From Amoebophrya sp. A120 (taxonomy: Eukaryota; Protista; Dinoflagellata): DNA of 64,000 nt. The notes under the pieces were generated by a model. That model did no database searches, had not been told where the DNA came from, and saw only the letters and a program-made list of their open reading frames with translations. Position 1 is the stretch's first letter. Each line of letters begins with the position of its first letter. Made by a program: the position numbers and the translations under genes. This document shows positions 23,911 to 38,200 of the stretch, piece by piece. The stretch lies in the NCBI GenBank assembly GCA_905178155.1, contig CAJINV010000002.1, positions 3,849,838 through 3,913,837 of the forward strand, in the 5' to 3' direction.

Positions 23911-26900
23911 ATGTTCGGCTCCCACCTCTTTTTCGCGGTGGTCCAGTTCTTCCAAACCCTGGGGATCGCATTCTATTTGGAGCTCACCGATCTGTACGCG
24001 ATCCTTCTCACCACGGACCCAGCGCTGTTTTTCATCGTGTTGGTAACGATTGGGTTTTTGGCCCTCACGGTTGATTTCGGAGAATTGCTCCTACCATTCT
24101 TGTCCGGGTCGTTGTTCCCGGCCGCGCTGAAGAAGAGGGGAACAACTGCCAGTGCAAGAGGAGTTAAAAATGCAGGTCCCCCAGGCGCGGGCCCAACAGA
24201 AGACCACGGACCGCCATCCGCCATGCGGGTGTGTGGTACGCGGCTTGTAGCGGAGGAGATTGCGCGCGAAGAAGTTGTGGAGTTAGTAGAACAGCAAGGA
24301 GTCACGGAATCCACTATCCCGCCTTTTTCTCCTATGACACGAAAAAAGTGTATAATGCGGTTCTTTCACATTTGTTGTAGCTTCAGCAACACAAATGTAA
24401 ACCTGCTCAGCATGATGACAGAAGGAGGCTGCTGCAGTGGAGAGAGCAGAAAGGAAAGTGAAGCATGATCGTGAACTAGGGCTGGGACGAAGCATGCTCG
24501 ACATGACTGAGGATATTTTCTATCTTGCTGATTTTGCATCACAGTGTGTAAGAACTGTAAAGAATTTTTCCCTGCGATATTTTCCTCGCTCGGGATGAAC
24601 GTGGAGTCTTTGGTTACCCCGGAACTTGACGAACTTATTTTGGCGCCGTCAAATGGAAGTGGCGGAAATCAAAAGGATCCCATCAAGCCCGGTAGCATGA
24701 TTTCGGAAGAAGAACAAGAAGACGAAAGTCAAAATGAGGAATTGCTAATCAAAAGAGCTGCGAACTACAATTACGGGCACGATGCTCTCATTGTACAGCA
24801 AGAACCTCCTGCAGGCGTCCTCCCAGGAGCTGGCTCGGGTTCGAGCACGACAAGTTCGGAGAAGGCGATATCTCCCTCTTCATCGCCGATGAGTAAAAAC
24901 AAGAAGAACTACCCAGGAGCTACTACTACTTCTACTGGTCCGGCAGGTTTGGGACAAGTAGTAGAAAACGACTCACGACCTGGATCTGCTCCTTCGGTTG
25001 AGAAGAATTTTCCGAACAAACAAGCGGCGCAAGACCAAGACACGATTCTGACCGCCCAGTCACGGACCGCGAGCCCGATAGCCCGCCTCCGCGGCCGAGA
25101 GGCGAAAATTTCAGAAGAGGACCGGCGATCCGTGGTTCTTTCTAACATGATGAGAAATAACGACGAGCCCACCACGACGAACAACACTACTAGTAGTAGA
25201 CAAAGGGCGCTTTCCGATAGTGGTGTGGTTTTCAACACCACCACTGGCATGCCGAGCGGTGGAGAGAATGCACAACTACATACGGTCGTCGCATCCTCCT
25301 CTCCCACACCTAGTGTAGAACTTCCTGGAACATCAATAATACCAACAAACAACGACAGCACATCAGTTTTTCCTTCTCTAACTCTCGACACGCGCACGAG
25401 CTCGACTCTGTCAGGCCTGAGTTCCAAGAACACGAAGCGTGTGAGGTTGCGGACCAGTGAGGTTGTTTCGAGTGCACCAACCGGGGAAGATGGGACGTCC
25501 ACTACTACGTTAAGTGGCTTCAACACGAGCAGTGTCGTCGTAGGACCGGGCACAGGGTACCACTACCATAGCACTTTTCAACACCCCCGCGAGCGGCATC
25601 ATGGTACTACGCAAGAACTTTCCAGGAGTGCGAGTGGCGGCGCGCCAGGGCGGGGGCCAGCAGCGGCGTTATCTTTTTTGGATGAAAAAGGGAGACAAAA
25701 TTTCGGCGGAGGAAGGCAGCGGAATGGTGTTGGTGGGACAACAGGAGCACGCGCACCGCCGTCGAGCGGCGTCGCCGGCCTTCCGAGCTTGGCTTCGTCC
25801 TCCAGTTTGAGCATTGGGGATCGCATCCGCATTCTGGCTATCAAACGCAAATATGTCAGTCTGGTGGTGTGTCTGGGAAGAAGTAGTTGTTATGCAAGTC
25901 TATTGATCGGCTGCGCACTGCCACTGCAATACGTAAGTATAGATGCGCCGCTAGGCATGATGAGTTCATTGTGAGTTGCTTGGTGTTGCGCCGTGGTCCG
26001 CATAGCAAGCTGCGTTCTTTATGCATGACAGGCAACTGGTAGTAGAGCTAGGTCAACATCTTTTCGCGTCTAAGCACTACAGCCCGCAGCGTGATGCCAG
26101 ACACGCAGGATCGCAAATTATATTGTGATGTCTTCTTGCTCCAGAAGATGAGCACCGAAATGGCATATTTGCACTGGATACCGGCAGAGGAGCTGGAGGA
26201 GGAAGAGAGACGGGAGAAGCTGAAACCAGCAGATCCACAACAAGTGCGGGCGAAGCAATTATCCAAATCCTCCTCTACTTCCCCCGTTGTACTATCAGGC
26301 CGAAATACTTCTTCGTCGAATAACAAGCAACAGGTCACCACCATCCAGGGAGCCCTCGACGCTTTGTCGGCGCACCAGAATATGATGCTTGCCGACCGGA
26401 CGCGGAGTCCCGGGGGGACTGCTAGTACTTCGAGCGTCCACCTCGGGCAGAAAAACTACAAACGGGAAGATTACCAACAAGAAGAAAGCGCGCACAACTC
26501 TACATCCCATTCTCCCGCATCGACCTCCTCCCCCGGGGGTTTCAGTGCGGCCTCCCCGGTCACCGTGGTTGGCGTGCCGGGGCGAGACCATCACGGGCTG
26601 GATTCAGACGAGGACGCGGAGGTGCTGGCAGCGGAGTATCAAACGGAAAAATCCCGCCTCCCACCTACATCAAAATACGAAATTTGTCATGCTGTATTTG
26701 AGTACACAAATCGACTTGTATTGCTAGAAGGCAAAGAGGCGCAGTCGTGGCTTCGTTTGCAGGCAATTTGTCGTGCTTTTTCCCACTTCCAGCTGCCTCC
26801 TTTCATGCTGAAGATGCAAGGCTTTCCCACGCAACCCAGCACTGCAGTCCGCATCTTTTCCCTTCTAGCATGACAATGCTGATTTGTGGCCACAACTCTG

Positions 26901-29900
26901 CATCACAGACTTCCGTATTGATATGGGGAGGGTGGATGTTTCTTCCTGATACAGAGCGCGGCAGAATCTCCTCCTCGCCCGACGAAGCTGAGGAGCTGCG
27001 GTTGGAACCCCGTCCGCAATCCCCCATCGACCGGTCGAGCCGCTTTTCCCTCAACTTTGGCCGGGAACGTGAAGTTTTTTACAACAGCAAGGCCTTCACC
27101 GCGCGGGAGCTGCAGCACCGCGCCAGGTTGTACAACAACCAGCTCGAGCAGCAGGGAGTACAGGACAACCAACTGGAAATACCTGCGGAACTTTTGCAGC
27201 GCGTATGAACTGCAAAATTATCGTACTCGTATAAATGCATTACAAATTTTCTCAGCATGAGAAATAAAATTTGTAATGCTGATTTCCCTTGGGAACAAGA
27301 TTTGTGATGCAAGACTTGCATTTATACAAGTACGATACTTTTGCACAGGATAGCGCGAACTCTCCGAAAACTACGCGCGCCGTCGCGTCAGTTCCAAGCT
27401 CGAAATCAATAATCCGTTCTTCATGCACCCCGGCGCCACGCCTATGTCAATGGACGGGCGCCGATCCTCGCGGCGTCTCTCTGTTGGGAACCAGAGCAAC
27501 ACGATGAACTCGCGGCAGCCGTCGGAGTACATCTAGTATGCATTGATTGCAAATTATTATATCTCAGGGTCTGGAGTTTATCTGAACCTGAAGTACGTAC
27601 ACCAGGATCCATCTGTGATGCCTATGACTGGCTACGAGACGGCGCGAGTTTTTCTGGCGTACTGTGAAACTCAGTTTGTCGTGCGCCTTGCGAAGCAGGA
27701 ATCTGCAAAAATAGATATGTCCCGCGAAATTTGCTCTCATACTGTTATGCCGTACAAGCACAAGCGGCAGTATTCCGAGATATTACGTGTATCAGCAACA
27801 CAAATATATTCCAGACTCAGTAGACACAATATTTGCAAAGCATATCTCCGGCCGGTACACCAAAACGTACGGTGACAATGTCTTTTACGACCATACGCCC
27901 ACCCTGGTGGAGGGCCAGTCCATGACGTTTCGCACGAGCGGACGCCCGAGCGTCGGCGGTTCCTACGGCGTATCAACTGCAAAAATGTCTGGGTCTGGAA
28001 GAGTGCCCGACTTGTCATGCTGGTTTTCCATGACCCATGAGGTCTGGTATGTAGGACATAGCATGACAGATTCTGTGAGAGTTCTATCATGCCTATCCTG
28101 CATGGGAAACTGCCTCTCGATTAGGTCAAAAGTGGACAGCTTTTGGTAATCATGCAACACAGGTTTTTACATGATTCAGATTTAGCATGACGAGTTGCTT
28201 TGTTCCAGACCCAGACATTTTTGCATTTGATACGGCGGAGCAGTAGGCCCGAGCAACCGGTTTGGCGGCCGGCTTTCGGACTATGAAGTGTACAACGCGG
28301 GTATTCAGAGGAAAAATCCCCCGTCCCCATATTGATGAGAACGCATCCTGCTGAAGATTTGTGATGCAGATTTGTGACCACAAATCGGGTCTGTCTTGCA
28401 AGAAGGCCCGCTCAGGCTGTCCGCCACGTTACTTATGCGGGCGATTTGTAGTGCTGTAAGTCCTACAGGGTAGCCGTCTACCATGCTAGGCACTTACACC
28501 AAAAGGCCTCCACCTAGGCTCAGGATCTTCGTGCAGTCCTCTACCGCAAGACAAATCTGATTTGTGTACGCAAATCCAGCATCACAGATTTCCTTTTCGA
28601 TATGGGGAAGTGGGATTTTTCCTTTTGATAGCTGGGCGACGATCCACGACGGTCTTCGACAACCCGCGCGCGTCGACCGACCAAGATTCGACGCCGACTC
28701 CGGTTTATGCATTGCAAATTTGTCTGGGTCTGGCAGGTGGCAACTTGTGATGCTGTCTCTGCATTCTAAAAAAATCTGTATTGCATGAGTACCAAAGGGA
28801 ATGCAACTTTTGCTACGCTGAGAAGGCATTTGTCATGCGGAATAGGCATCAAGAAGCCCTCAAAAAATCTGTATTGCTCGGGTATGCATCACAGACGTCA
28901 TGGCTCATGCAAAACGTGCGTGACAAGTGTCAGAATCTTCCAGACCCAGACACTTTTTCAGTTGATACGGTTGTAGGACCACACCACAATGCGCCGTTCC
29001 GGCGCTCGAGATCGTCGACCAATTACTCTGCCATTGACGCGATGCGCTATCCAATGCAAATATGTCTGGGTCCGGTCTGGAAGAGTCCGAGAATTGTCAT
29101 GCTACTCTGGCATGACTCTAAACTCTGTATTGCGTGGCCGCGAAACGCTCCTCTTGCCTGTCATGCAGAAACGCAGTTTCTCATGCGGAGAGCGCAACTC
29201 AGAACCACGAAAGAACTTGTCATGCTTTCCCGCGCATTAGAGTGTGCTCCCTGTACCCTTTCTTGCATCACAAGTTTCCAGACCCAGACATATTTGCAAT
29301 GCATATGGGCCGCGCTGGAACGATTTGGGACCAACCCGATTACACCATGGAAGAAGCGCGGCGGCACCTGCATTTCGGCAAAAATAAAAGCAGCCCCTCC
29401 ACGATCAACGAGCAGCCCACTTCGAGCTCGGGCGAGCACCACACAACGACAAACAGCGGCAGTTTTCAGGGCACCAGTCTCAGCTTTGGACTGCCGGAGG
29501 TAACCAGCAGTGCTGCGAAGATGGTGGATCAGCATGGCAGCAAGAAAGTAGAGGACAAGATGGATACTGCTAGTAGAGACCCTGATAGTCTTTTTTTTCG
29601 TAGTGGGGCCGCCAGCAGTATAAAAGGCCACGACACAGCAGACGCCTCTCCCAGTTCTGCACCCCCCGGTGGGGGCTTGCGGGACAGCGAGCTTCTCGCG
29701 GAAGACAGCGTGGGCGGCAACAACTACCGACAGCTGTTTTTGAATCTGCCGACCGGAAGTACGAGTAGAACGAAAACTGGTGTTGCCGAGGAACAAGGGT
29801 CTTCACGACCGAAAAATCTTCATCCGGTAATAGTTGGTGAACCGAAAGGGGAACTAGGCGTGGGGCAAAATAGAGAACTACACGACGAACCGGAGCAAGT

Positions 29901-30584
29901 AGACCACGGCGCCCCAAATTATAACTCCTTGTCGCCGAAGAGCAGCCGGCCTTCCGCTGCGGAAAACGTCGCCCCCCTGAACGAGGAGCATTCTTTCGAT
30001 ATCCTGAGTAAAAACGTTCCCATACCAGAGTCAAGATGGAAAATCTGCTAGACAAATCAGCCAACTCTGGCTGTTTCGCATGACAAGTTTGTCCTCGTAG
30101 TGCAATTAACCTGTTTAGCTAGTTCAGCAGCATCACAGATCTAGCAGATCATGCTGCTCCTAGTATGACAAATTCCAAAACGCGGCCAGAAAATGCTTCT
30201 CATGGGACTACGCATGAGAAACATTGTCAGCATGCAGATTTGCATGACAGCTATGGGGTGGGGATGTTTTTAAATAGCATAGTCGATTTCCTGGAGTCGG
30301 GCAACAACGATTCCTCCAGCAGTACCTCTTCCGGCGAGCAGCTGTACCCCACCCTGCACAAGAGGAGCCCGAAAACAACAAGAAGTATGCCACGACACGA
30401 CACGCCGGACTTTCTCCTGGCCCGAGCTAACACCCGACCGGCGTCGTTGCTGCAGGCAGATCGGGAAACGCGCCGGGCCTTTCACAACCGCGCGCGGGAG
30501 GCGTCCAGCCCTACGCTAGAGCGCGCGCGGTCCCGCGGGCTCGTGTCAAAATCCGGGTTGCTAGTAGCAGCAAAACAGAACTAG
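23911..30584 (+). CDS. Hypothetical protein with N-terminal hydrophobic/TM segments and a long Ser/Thr-rich disordered tail; 10 introners
   Basis: MFGSHLFFAVVQFFQTLGIAFYLELTDLYAILLTTDPALFFIVLVTIGFLALTV...; frames of ORFs 23866, 24544, 26091, 26747, 27787, 29134, 30165 join on element removal; true start may be upstream. Confidence 0.7.
24333..24579. mobile_element. Introner, F-like divergent
   Basis: DR tctcc/ttttc. Confidence 0.7.
25839..26180. mobile_element. Introner family A, divergent
   Basis: DR ctggc/ccggc. Confidence 0.75.
26637..26951. mobile_element. Introner family D
   Basis: DR cggag/cagag; close sister of 5434. Confidence 0.85.
27204..27352. mobile_element. Introner family E
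   Basis: DR gcgcg/gcgcg. Confidence 0.9.
27537..27844. mobile_element. Introner family A, divergent
   Basis: DR tctag/tctcc. Confidence 0.7.
27971..28232. mobile_element. Introner family A
   Basis: DR cggcg/cggcg. Confidence 0.9.
28302..28630. mobile_element. Introner family D
   Basis: DR gcggg/gctgg. Confidence 0.85.
28706..28967. mobile_element. Introner family A
   Basis: DR cggtt/cggtt. Confidence 0.9.
29048..29305. mobile_element. Introner family A
   Basis: DR tgcgc/tgggc. Confidence 0.85.
30000..30281. mobile_element. Introner family C
   Basis: DR ttcga/gtcga. Confidence 0.85.
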
Positions 30585-32012
30585 AGCAAAAACAACTAAG
30601 AATGCGAGAGCTTGACAAATAAGTACTTTGTCGGCATGGGACAGTACTAGCACAGCCTGCTAATTTAATATTTGGTGTACATCTATGATGTTGGTGTTGC
30701 ACAAGACCAGTACCGGATTCGTAAATGCGTCGGAAGATGCCGGAACGCGTTTTTTGTCTTCTTTGTTTTAAGTATACCTCCCACTAATTTCAAATTAATC
30801 CTCGTCCTACTACTGGAAGGGTGATGATGTGAGTATCTCTTATATCGGACGACACAGAAGTCACGATCTGTTACCGTTTGCTCTAGTACCAGCCCCGAGA
30901 AGAAGTACTTACTAGAGCTGATAGAGCATAATTTGCTTCTAGCAACCTTTCATCTCGACTCTCCTAGCTACTTTTTTTTTCTTTCATTTTTTGCGCGTGC
31001 GACCACCAGCACCTGCTGGTCAGGATAAACCTTCAGGGTGAGTATGTTTGATTTGAATATTTGGTTTTGATTTTTTCCGCGGATAAGAAGACTTGCCAGA
31101 AAATAACTCGTTGCTCACTTGCGCTGCTTCTTCAGGGAGTATCTATCGCGAGGTGGAGCGCTTCCTACTCCTGCTATGACGTATGAAGTGATGTGTTCGG
31201 CAGATGATCCAGACCGTATTTTGTTTTCGATCGCCGTTGGGATAATCGTAGCTACTTACCTTTCGGCACTCAAAAACTCATTTACGGGATCATGCTCTTC
31301 TTCGCTGGAACTATGGGAAGATGGGTAGTCTTCACGCACAAACAACATGAACATCGATAATTACTTTCTGATCTATCCTCGTAGAACTTCTGTCGTAGAA
31401 CAAGGAAAAGTGCATATGTTCTCGAACGCATAACGAAATTCCTATACGACAACAGATTTCTAGCCACCTGAGCGATTTATATGTTTGTAGTTGCCACCAA
31501 CGTCGGAATTCGGGTTCGCGACTAGAGATGAGAGCGACGATGTTTAGTCAAGTCCTTGCATGTCTTTACCGTTGGAAGAGAAACTTCGTGGTAGAGTGGG
31601 CGGATCAACATCACCCTGGCATGATCGTGTAGTACTTTTGGTCGTGAAATAGATTTTATTCGTTTTGTCGTAACGATCGTAGAAAGCGTAGCTGGCGTGT
31701 CGTTGCTATTCGGAACGAGAAAACTCGCATTCGTCAAGAATCAAAACGGGGCAGGCTACATTGATTGCCTGTTGCTGTGTCGTATTTTCATCGTTTTACA
31801 TTGCAAGCACTTAGTTCATCCCCCGCGGGCCCATGACTGCGTGTTGCTTCCATTTCAATTCCATTCCCACATGAGTAAGTGTAGAACGGAACAAGTTGTA
31901 GTTGAAGGTCGTTCATCTTTGTTGTAGTAGTCGGGTACTCTCTAATTATCTTTCTGCCCTGAGCCTGACCCAGCAGGAACTCCTGCTATTCTAACAGATG
32001 GGCAGGACCGTG

Positions 32013-32063
32013 CTCTGAACATTGCTTTCTTCAAACCTTCTCTGAACATTGCTTTCTTCAAAC
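32013..32063. repeat. Short tandem duplication (24-bp unit x2)
   Basis: ctctgaacattgctttcttcaaac twice. Confidence 0.8.
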
Positions 32064-32218
32064 GCGTTGTTGTTGGGTCTCCGGTAAGAAGTAGTCGCAG
32101 TGGAGGGCGACTACACGCGACAGGCGGACATCAAAACTTCTATACACAACCACAACAAATCCGCCTTCTGCCTTCATCTTCCAGTAGGAACCGAGACAGG
32201 ACCGGCAGTAGCGTGAAA

Positions 32219-35200
32219 ATGAGTTCGTCCGGTGCAGCTGGTGGCCACCCGAACAACAAGTCGCCCCCTCCCTCGGCCGGGGGCGAGATGCGCGGCATGA
32301 CGTCCTCGCGCGAGCTATCCTTTTGTAAAAACATCCCCACCTCGTAGTCAAGATGGGGAATCTGCTAGACAAATCCAGAAGTTTTGGGGCTCGCGCATGA
32401 CAAGTTTGGGGGCGCAGCATAGTCCTGCGTAGGTTTCATCCCAGACGCATCACAAATCCACTCTCTCATGCTGATCCGCGCATGACAAGTTACCCAATAC
32501 GATGAGAAAATGCCCGTCATGCGGAGCCGCATGATAAATGTTTTCTAGGCAGGCAGATCTGCATGACAACCCTGGGATGGGGACGTTTTTACTCTGGATA
32601 CGAGCTGAGTCCGGTCGACGGCGAGCACGACTTTATCCAGGACGAGCTTCTGCTGACAAGCCGCACGGTATGAGAGTGCACAACTCCCCGTTTCCCTCAT
32701 TTGTCATGCGAAATCCCCAATGATCCAATTGCTACCTTGTGGCAATGTTCGCATGGCAAATTCCGGAAGCCCAAACAGTACTACATCTTCACTAGGCGCA
32801 CCACGAACTTGTCATGCACAGGCTCTACGCGTGCTAGTGTTTGTATTGCTATCCATGCCATACAAATGAGGGGGGAGAGGGAGCTGTGCACTCTCATACA
32901 CTGCGGCGGATCTGAAACAGAGACGGAGGTGGATCGACTATCTACTCGTCGCGGGACTGGTAATATTCGCGACGGGAATCTTGCTCGATTTCTGTCTGGA
33001 CACGGGCGTCTGCTTCCACAAGAAATCCGCCCTCCCGCGGCGGGACGACGTTCTCTCGGGGAAGAAGCCCGAAAAAGAAACCACGACCGCCACGGGGGCG
33101 CTCAACAAGGAACCGACGGCACGGGACAACTCGCAAGGAAAGAAGGGCAGTGCTAGTGCCAGTGCCAAGAGCCCGCAAAATACGGAGCTGCCGACCGTGC
33201 AGCGCACGAACGACAAAGGGGAAACCGTTACCCAGCAGCAATTGGACCACGACTTCGCCAGCGATGCGAATTACCCACTCACGGTGCCGCTGACCTGCGG
33301 GAAGAGCCAATTCCTTCCCTGCCTCTGGATCCAGAACGGGGGAAGGCGAGGGAAGAAAAAGTTTCTTTTATGGATTGTAAAAATGTCTGGGTCTGGAAAC
33401 TTGTGATGTTGGGTGGCGTATCACGAGGAGGCCACAAGTGCTGGCTCAGCATGACAAGTTTTTGAGCTTCTAGGTGCTATGCCTATTCTGCATGACAAAC
33501 AGCGTTTCTGCATGACAGAAAAGTGGGGCTCTTGTTGGGTAATGTGCATGACAAGTTTAAGAGTCATGTGAGACAAGCATGACAAACTTGCATTCTTCCA
33601 GACCCAGACATTTTTGCACTTGATATCCTTCCGGCTCGGACGATACAACGGGCGCCGTGGAGTTTCCCGCCCTGGTATCAAATGCAAAAATGTCTGGGTC
33701 TGGAAAAGTGGAACTTGTCATGGTAAATCAGGATTATGCAATAAAAATCTGTGTTGCATGATGACCAAAAGGTGTCCACTTTTGACCAAGTTGAGAAGCA
33801 GTTTCTGATGCAGGATAGGCATGATGGAGACCTCGCAGAAGCTGTGATGCTAGGATCTGCATTCCAAACCTCATTGGCCATTCAAAATGTGCATGACAAG
33901 TCTTGCATTCTTCCAGACCCAGACATTTTTGCATTTGATACCTGGAACCCAGCGACAAGACGACACTGAAGCTCGAGTTTGTCATCCTAAACGATGACAC
34001 CCCGAGCGACATCGCAGCCACTGAGGACTGGAAGGACCACGGCTTTCTCACGTCGGCTCCGTTTCTATGAAAGTGCACAACTCCCCCTCCCCCTCCTATG
34101 GATGGCATCCACAGCAACACAAGTGCTGGCACAGATGCGGCTTTTGCATGACAGATTCGCGACCGATTCTAGTGCAGTTTCGGCTTCGAGAATCTGTCAT
34201 GCAAGCAGTGCCACCGGGCAAAGGGGGGATTTGGCATTTTGCATGACAAATGAGGGGGAGGGGGAATTATGCACTCCCATAGTTTCCCACCAAGCCGGAA
34301 GTGGAGAACTTCTACCTGGAAAACCACTACTATGGTAGTGTCAGGATGGAAATCGACAGAGTTGAAATAATTTGTGATGCATCAAATGCAACCCACAGAA
34401 TGCCTGTCTTGCAGAGTAGGCAAGGCAGGCAGATTGCAAGCCTGTTGCGGGGTTGTTGAAACTGAGCTGCTAAAGTAGCATGACAAAAGGCGTCTTCCTT
34501 ACCCAAACAGCATGACAAGCTGGATTTCGGTTCTACCCAAATTTGTCATGCGCCACTTGGAAGCTTGGTTACAACTGGCGTCCATTTTATGCATGGCGAA
34601 TCATTTCAATTTTGACGATTTCAATCCTGACACTTCCATAGCTACTACGCAAGCGACGACATGGAACTCTCTTCGACCCTCGTGCAGGGCAAAAACGCGG
34701 CGCAGAAACCGCTGAAAAACTCGAATTTGCAGCAGACGCACCTCGGCGGAGGCGGGAGCAGTAGTAGTAGCAGTTCTTTCAATATCGCATGAAAAAAGTG
34801 TTACAGTTACACATTTGTTGGAATTTCAGCATCACAAAGTTGCTCTGCATGTCAAGGAATAAAACTTGTGATGCGCAGACTATAAGGGAAAACACGAATG
34901 AAATGAGGCTGGCAGGCATTTCCTGCATGACAGAGGTTGTCTGTCTTGCTTGTCTTGCATCAGAGTGTGGAACTGTATTAACAATTTTTTCTCACGATAT
35001 TTAGTGCAGCCTCTTTCATCCAGATTGACGAGAAAGAGGAGCTACCAAATGTAAATATGTCTGGATCTGGAAGATTCCCAGGTTTGTCATGCATATTTTG
35101 CATGACCCATGACGCCTGTGATGCATGACCTAGCATCGCAGAGTTTTAGGGGGCTTCCTTATGCCCAATCCGCATGAGAAATATTGCCCGCTCCTTGTAG

Positions 35201-38200
35201 CAGAAACTGCGCTCCTCTTGCTAGTCATGTATATACAGATTTTTTATTTTTTAGGATTCAAGGAGAGCATCACAAATTGCAATCTTTCAGAGGACCCAGA
35301 CATATTTGTATTTGATAGGAGCCGCTGCCCTCGGCCGCCAGCGTCCTGGAAAAGAGAAGAAGCGTCGCAGAACTTCTAGTAGAGGACAAGTCCGACTACG
35401 ATCATGATGATCTTTCGTTTTCGAAGTTACTAGAAGTGGGAACTTCTACAGGTGGCGGTGGACAACAACCTGCGCCACAGCAGGAACATGTGCTGCTGCA
35501 CAGTACAGCAGGAGAAGGAACAAGCGCGGCGGGAACAACAAATCCTGGAAGTAGAGAAGTTGCGGACCTGATGTCGGGAAAAAGTTCTTCCTCTTTCGCG
35601 CAAAGCCGGGCCGCGGTGGGAGTCGCGGATCGTTCGCAGGAGGAGGAGGTCCATCCTGTCATGACAGTGGCAACGACCTTGGCAGAGGACGGGACGGCGA
35701 CCCTGGACGATTCTTCGGTGCAAAATTTCGAGCAGCGGTTTCTTGCGTCCGCGCTGCAGCGACAGGAGATGAAGGAGCAGAAAATATTAACGGAGGGGAC
35801 GCAGCATGGAGTAGTACTACAACTACCAGCAGAGAACAACAACAACCTGGCCCCGCGGTCGCGTCTCGCCTCGACGTTTTTGCAACAAAGCAACAAGAGG
35901 AACAAAGAGAACAAGTTCAACGACAAGGTTTCGATGGGCAACAAGAACCAAATGAAACCGGGACTTCCGACCGGGTCTTCCTCCAAAATCGCCATGGCAT
36001 CCTTGTGTAACGGGCAGCCAGCCATGTTTCTCGTATGCATTGCAAATATCGATCTGGGTCTGGAAAGATTCGAACTTGTGATGCGCATTTCACAACGCAC
36101 ACAAATCTCTCATGGATGCATAGGCAGCAAAAGTTAATACCCATTTCCTGTCATCCGAACAATAGAGGACTTCTCATGCGGCTTAGGCATTGCGTATACC
36201 TTCTCTAAACCTGTGATGCTAGGGCGTCCATGCCAGACCTTCCGTGTCATGCGAAAACAGCATGACAATCTTGCAGATCTAGACATGCTTGCATTTGATA
36301 TCTCGATTCAGATGACGAATTTCGGGACGCACTGGGCCACACGGACATCAACCAAATGGATAATTCGGCCGTGATATCCTATGTAAAAACATCCCCACCC
36401 CATAGTCAAGATGGGGAATCGGCTAGACAAATCCGCAAGTCTTGGCTGTTTGGCATGACAAATTTGGACTCGTAGTGTAGTGCTGTTTGAGGTAGTTCAG
36501 CAGCATTAGAGACCTTGACCTAGTGCATCATGCTGATTGGAGCATGACAAATTCCAAAACACGACTAGAGAATGCTTCTCATGGGGCTGCGCATGAGAAA
36601 CATTTTCAGCATGCAGATTTGCATTACAGCTATGGGATGGGGACTTTTTTAAATACGATACGTGAAAGAAATTTTGGACGAGCTTGCTTTCATCGCGGGG
36701 CAAAAGGGCTGGTCAGCTTGCATGTACATATCAAATGCAAAAATGTCTGGGTCTGGAAGACTGCCAGGTTTGTGTTGCATATTCTGCATCAGCCACGAAG
36801 CCTGTAATGCATGGCCTAGCATCACAGATTTTTAGAAGGCTTTGTGATGCCTATTCCGCATGAGAGATACCCTCTCCACGTGGCACAAACTGGCCTCGTC
36901 TTGCTGGTCATGCAACACAGATTTGTTTCGAATTGAAAGACAGCATCACAAGTTGGATCCTTCCAGACCCAGACATTTTTACATTTGATAGTACATCGCC
37001 GAGGACGACTTCGAGTGCACGGATGACGTGCACTATCCAAGAAGAGAACGTTGTTAGAGTAAATCTGTGATGCGCAATATGCAAAATGATTGCGTCTGTC
37101 ATGCTTGGCATGCGTCGTAGGGTCCATTAAAGGGCGTTTTCACGTACTATCTGCGCATGACAGTAGTTTTTTGCGGTCATGTCAGACAAAGTTGTAATGC
37201 TGTTCCTCCAAAAAAGTTACACCTACATTGTTTTTTTCTTGGATATGCACCCACACCGCATCAGAAGCTACTTGGAGGTATAAAGTAAATGCAGAAAAAC
37301 AATGTAATTTAGAGTCATGATTTTGCATACTGCATACGACTAATTCTTTGTGTAGATGAAGCAATACCAGCAGGAACCAGGGAAGATCATAGGTTCTTTC
37401 TGATTTGTTGCGATCATTCTGACAGGATGTTGAAAAAATATGCAACAAAAATAAACAGTCTACGATGCTGATCACTGGCGTCGTTTTCTCGGCGTACCTA
37501 TACGACTACTCCGGGCCGTCTTTCTCTGCGGTACGGATTGCAAATGCGTCTGTGGCTGGCGGGGTCGTGCAAACTTGTCATGCTGCTTTTGGATAATGTT
37601 AAAAAAAGTCTGTATTGCATGATGAGCAACTACAAGAGGAGTTCAGTTTTTGTGTCGCAGATGAGAGGACAGCCCTTCTCTTCATGCGGGAGAAAAACCG
37701 GTGACCATGCTGGGGCACACATCACAGACATCTTGGGTCATGCAAAAGGTGCATGAGAAACGTTGCACTCTTGTTGTCCAGACCCAGACGTACTTAGGTT
37801 TGATACCTGGAAGAAAAAGACAAAGTCGTCGCGGCGGAGAAGAAATCAATTTTGGCGAAGGCCTATGCGTTGCAAAAGTATCGTACTCATAGGTACTAAT
37901 TGCAGATATGCATAGCAAATCGCTTTCCCATGCTAAAACAGCATTGCAAATAATCCCATGATCTGTCATGCTAAGTCTTTGTCTTGCAGGTTAGATACTA
38001 GTCCGATGCTTTTGCATTGCATCAGCTCGGCTCGGTTGCGTTTGTGATGCAGAATCAAAACAAACTCGCGGACATCGCCGACGATGGGCTGCCGGTGATA
38101 TGAGAGTGCACAACTCGTCCCTCCCTCCCTCATTTGTATAGCATGAACGGCAATGCAAGCGCCAGCAAGAATGCCGGTCTTGCATGACAAATTTGCACAG

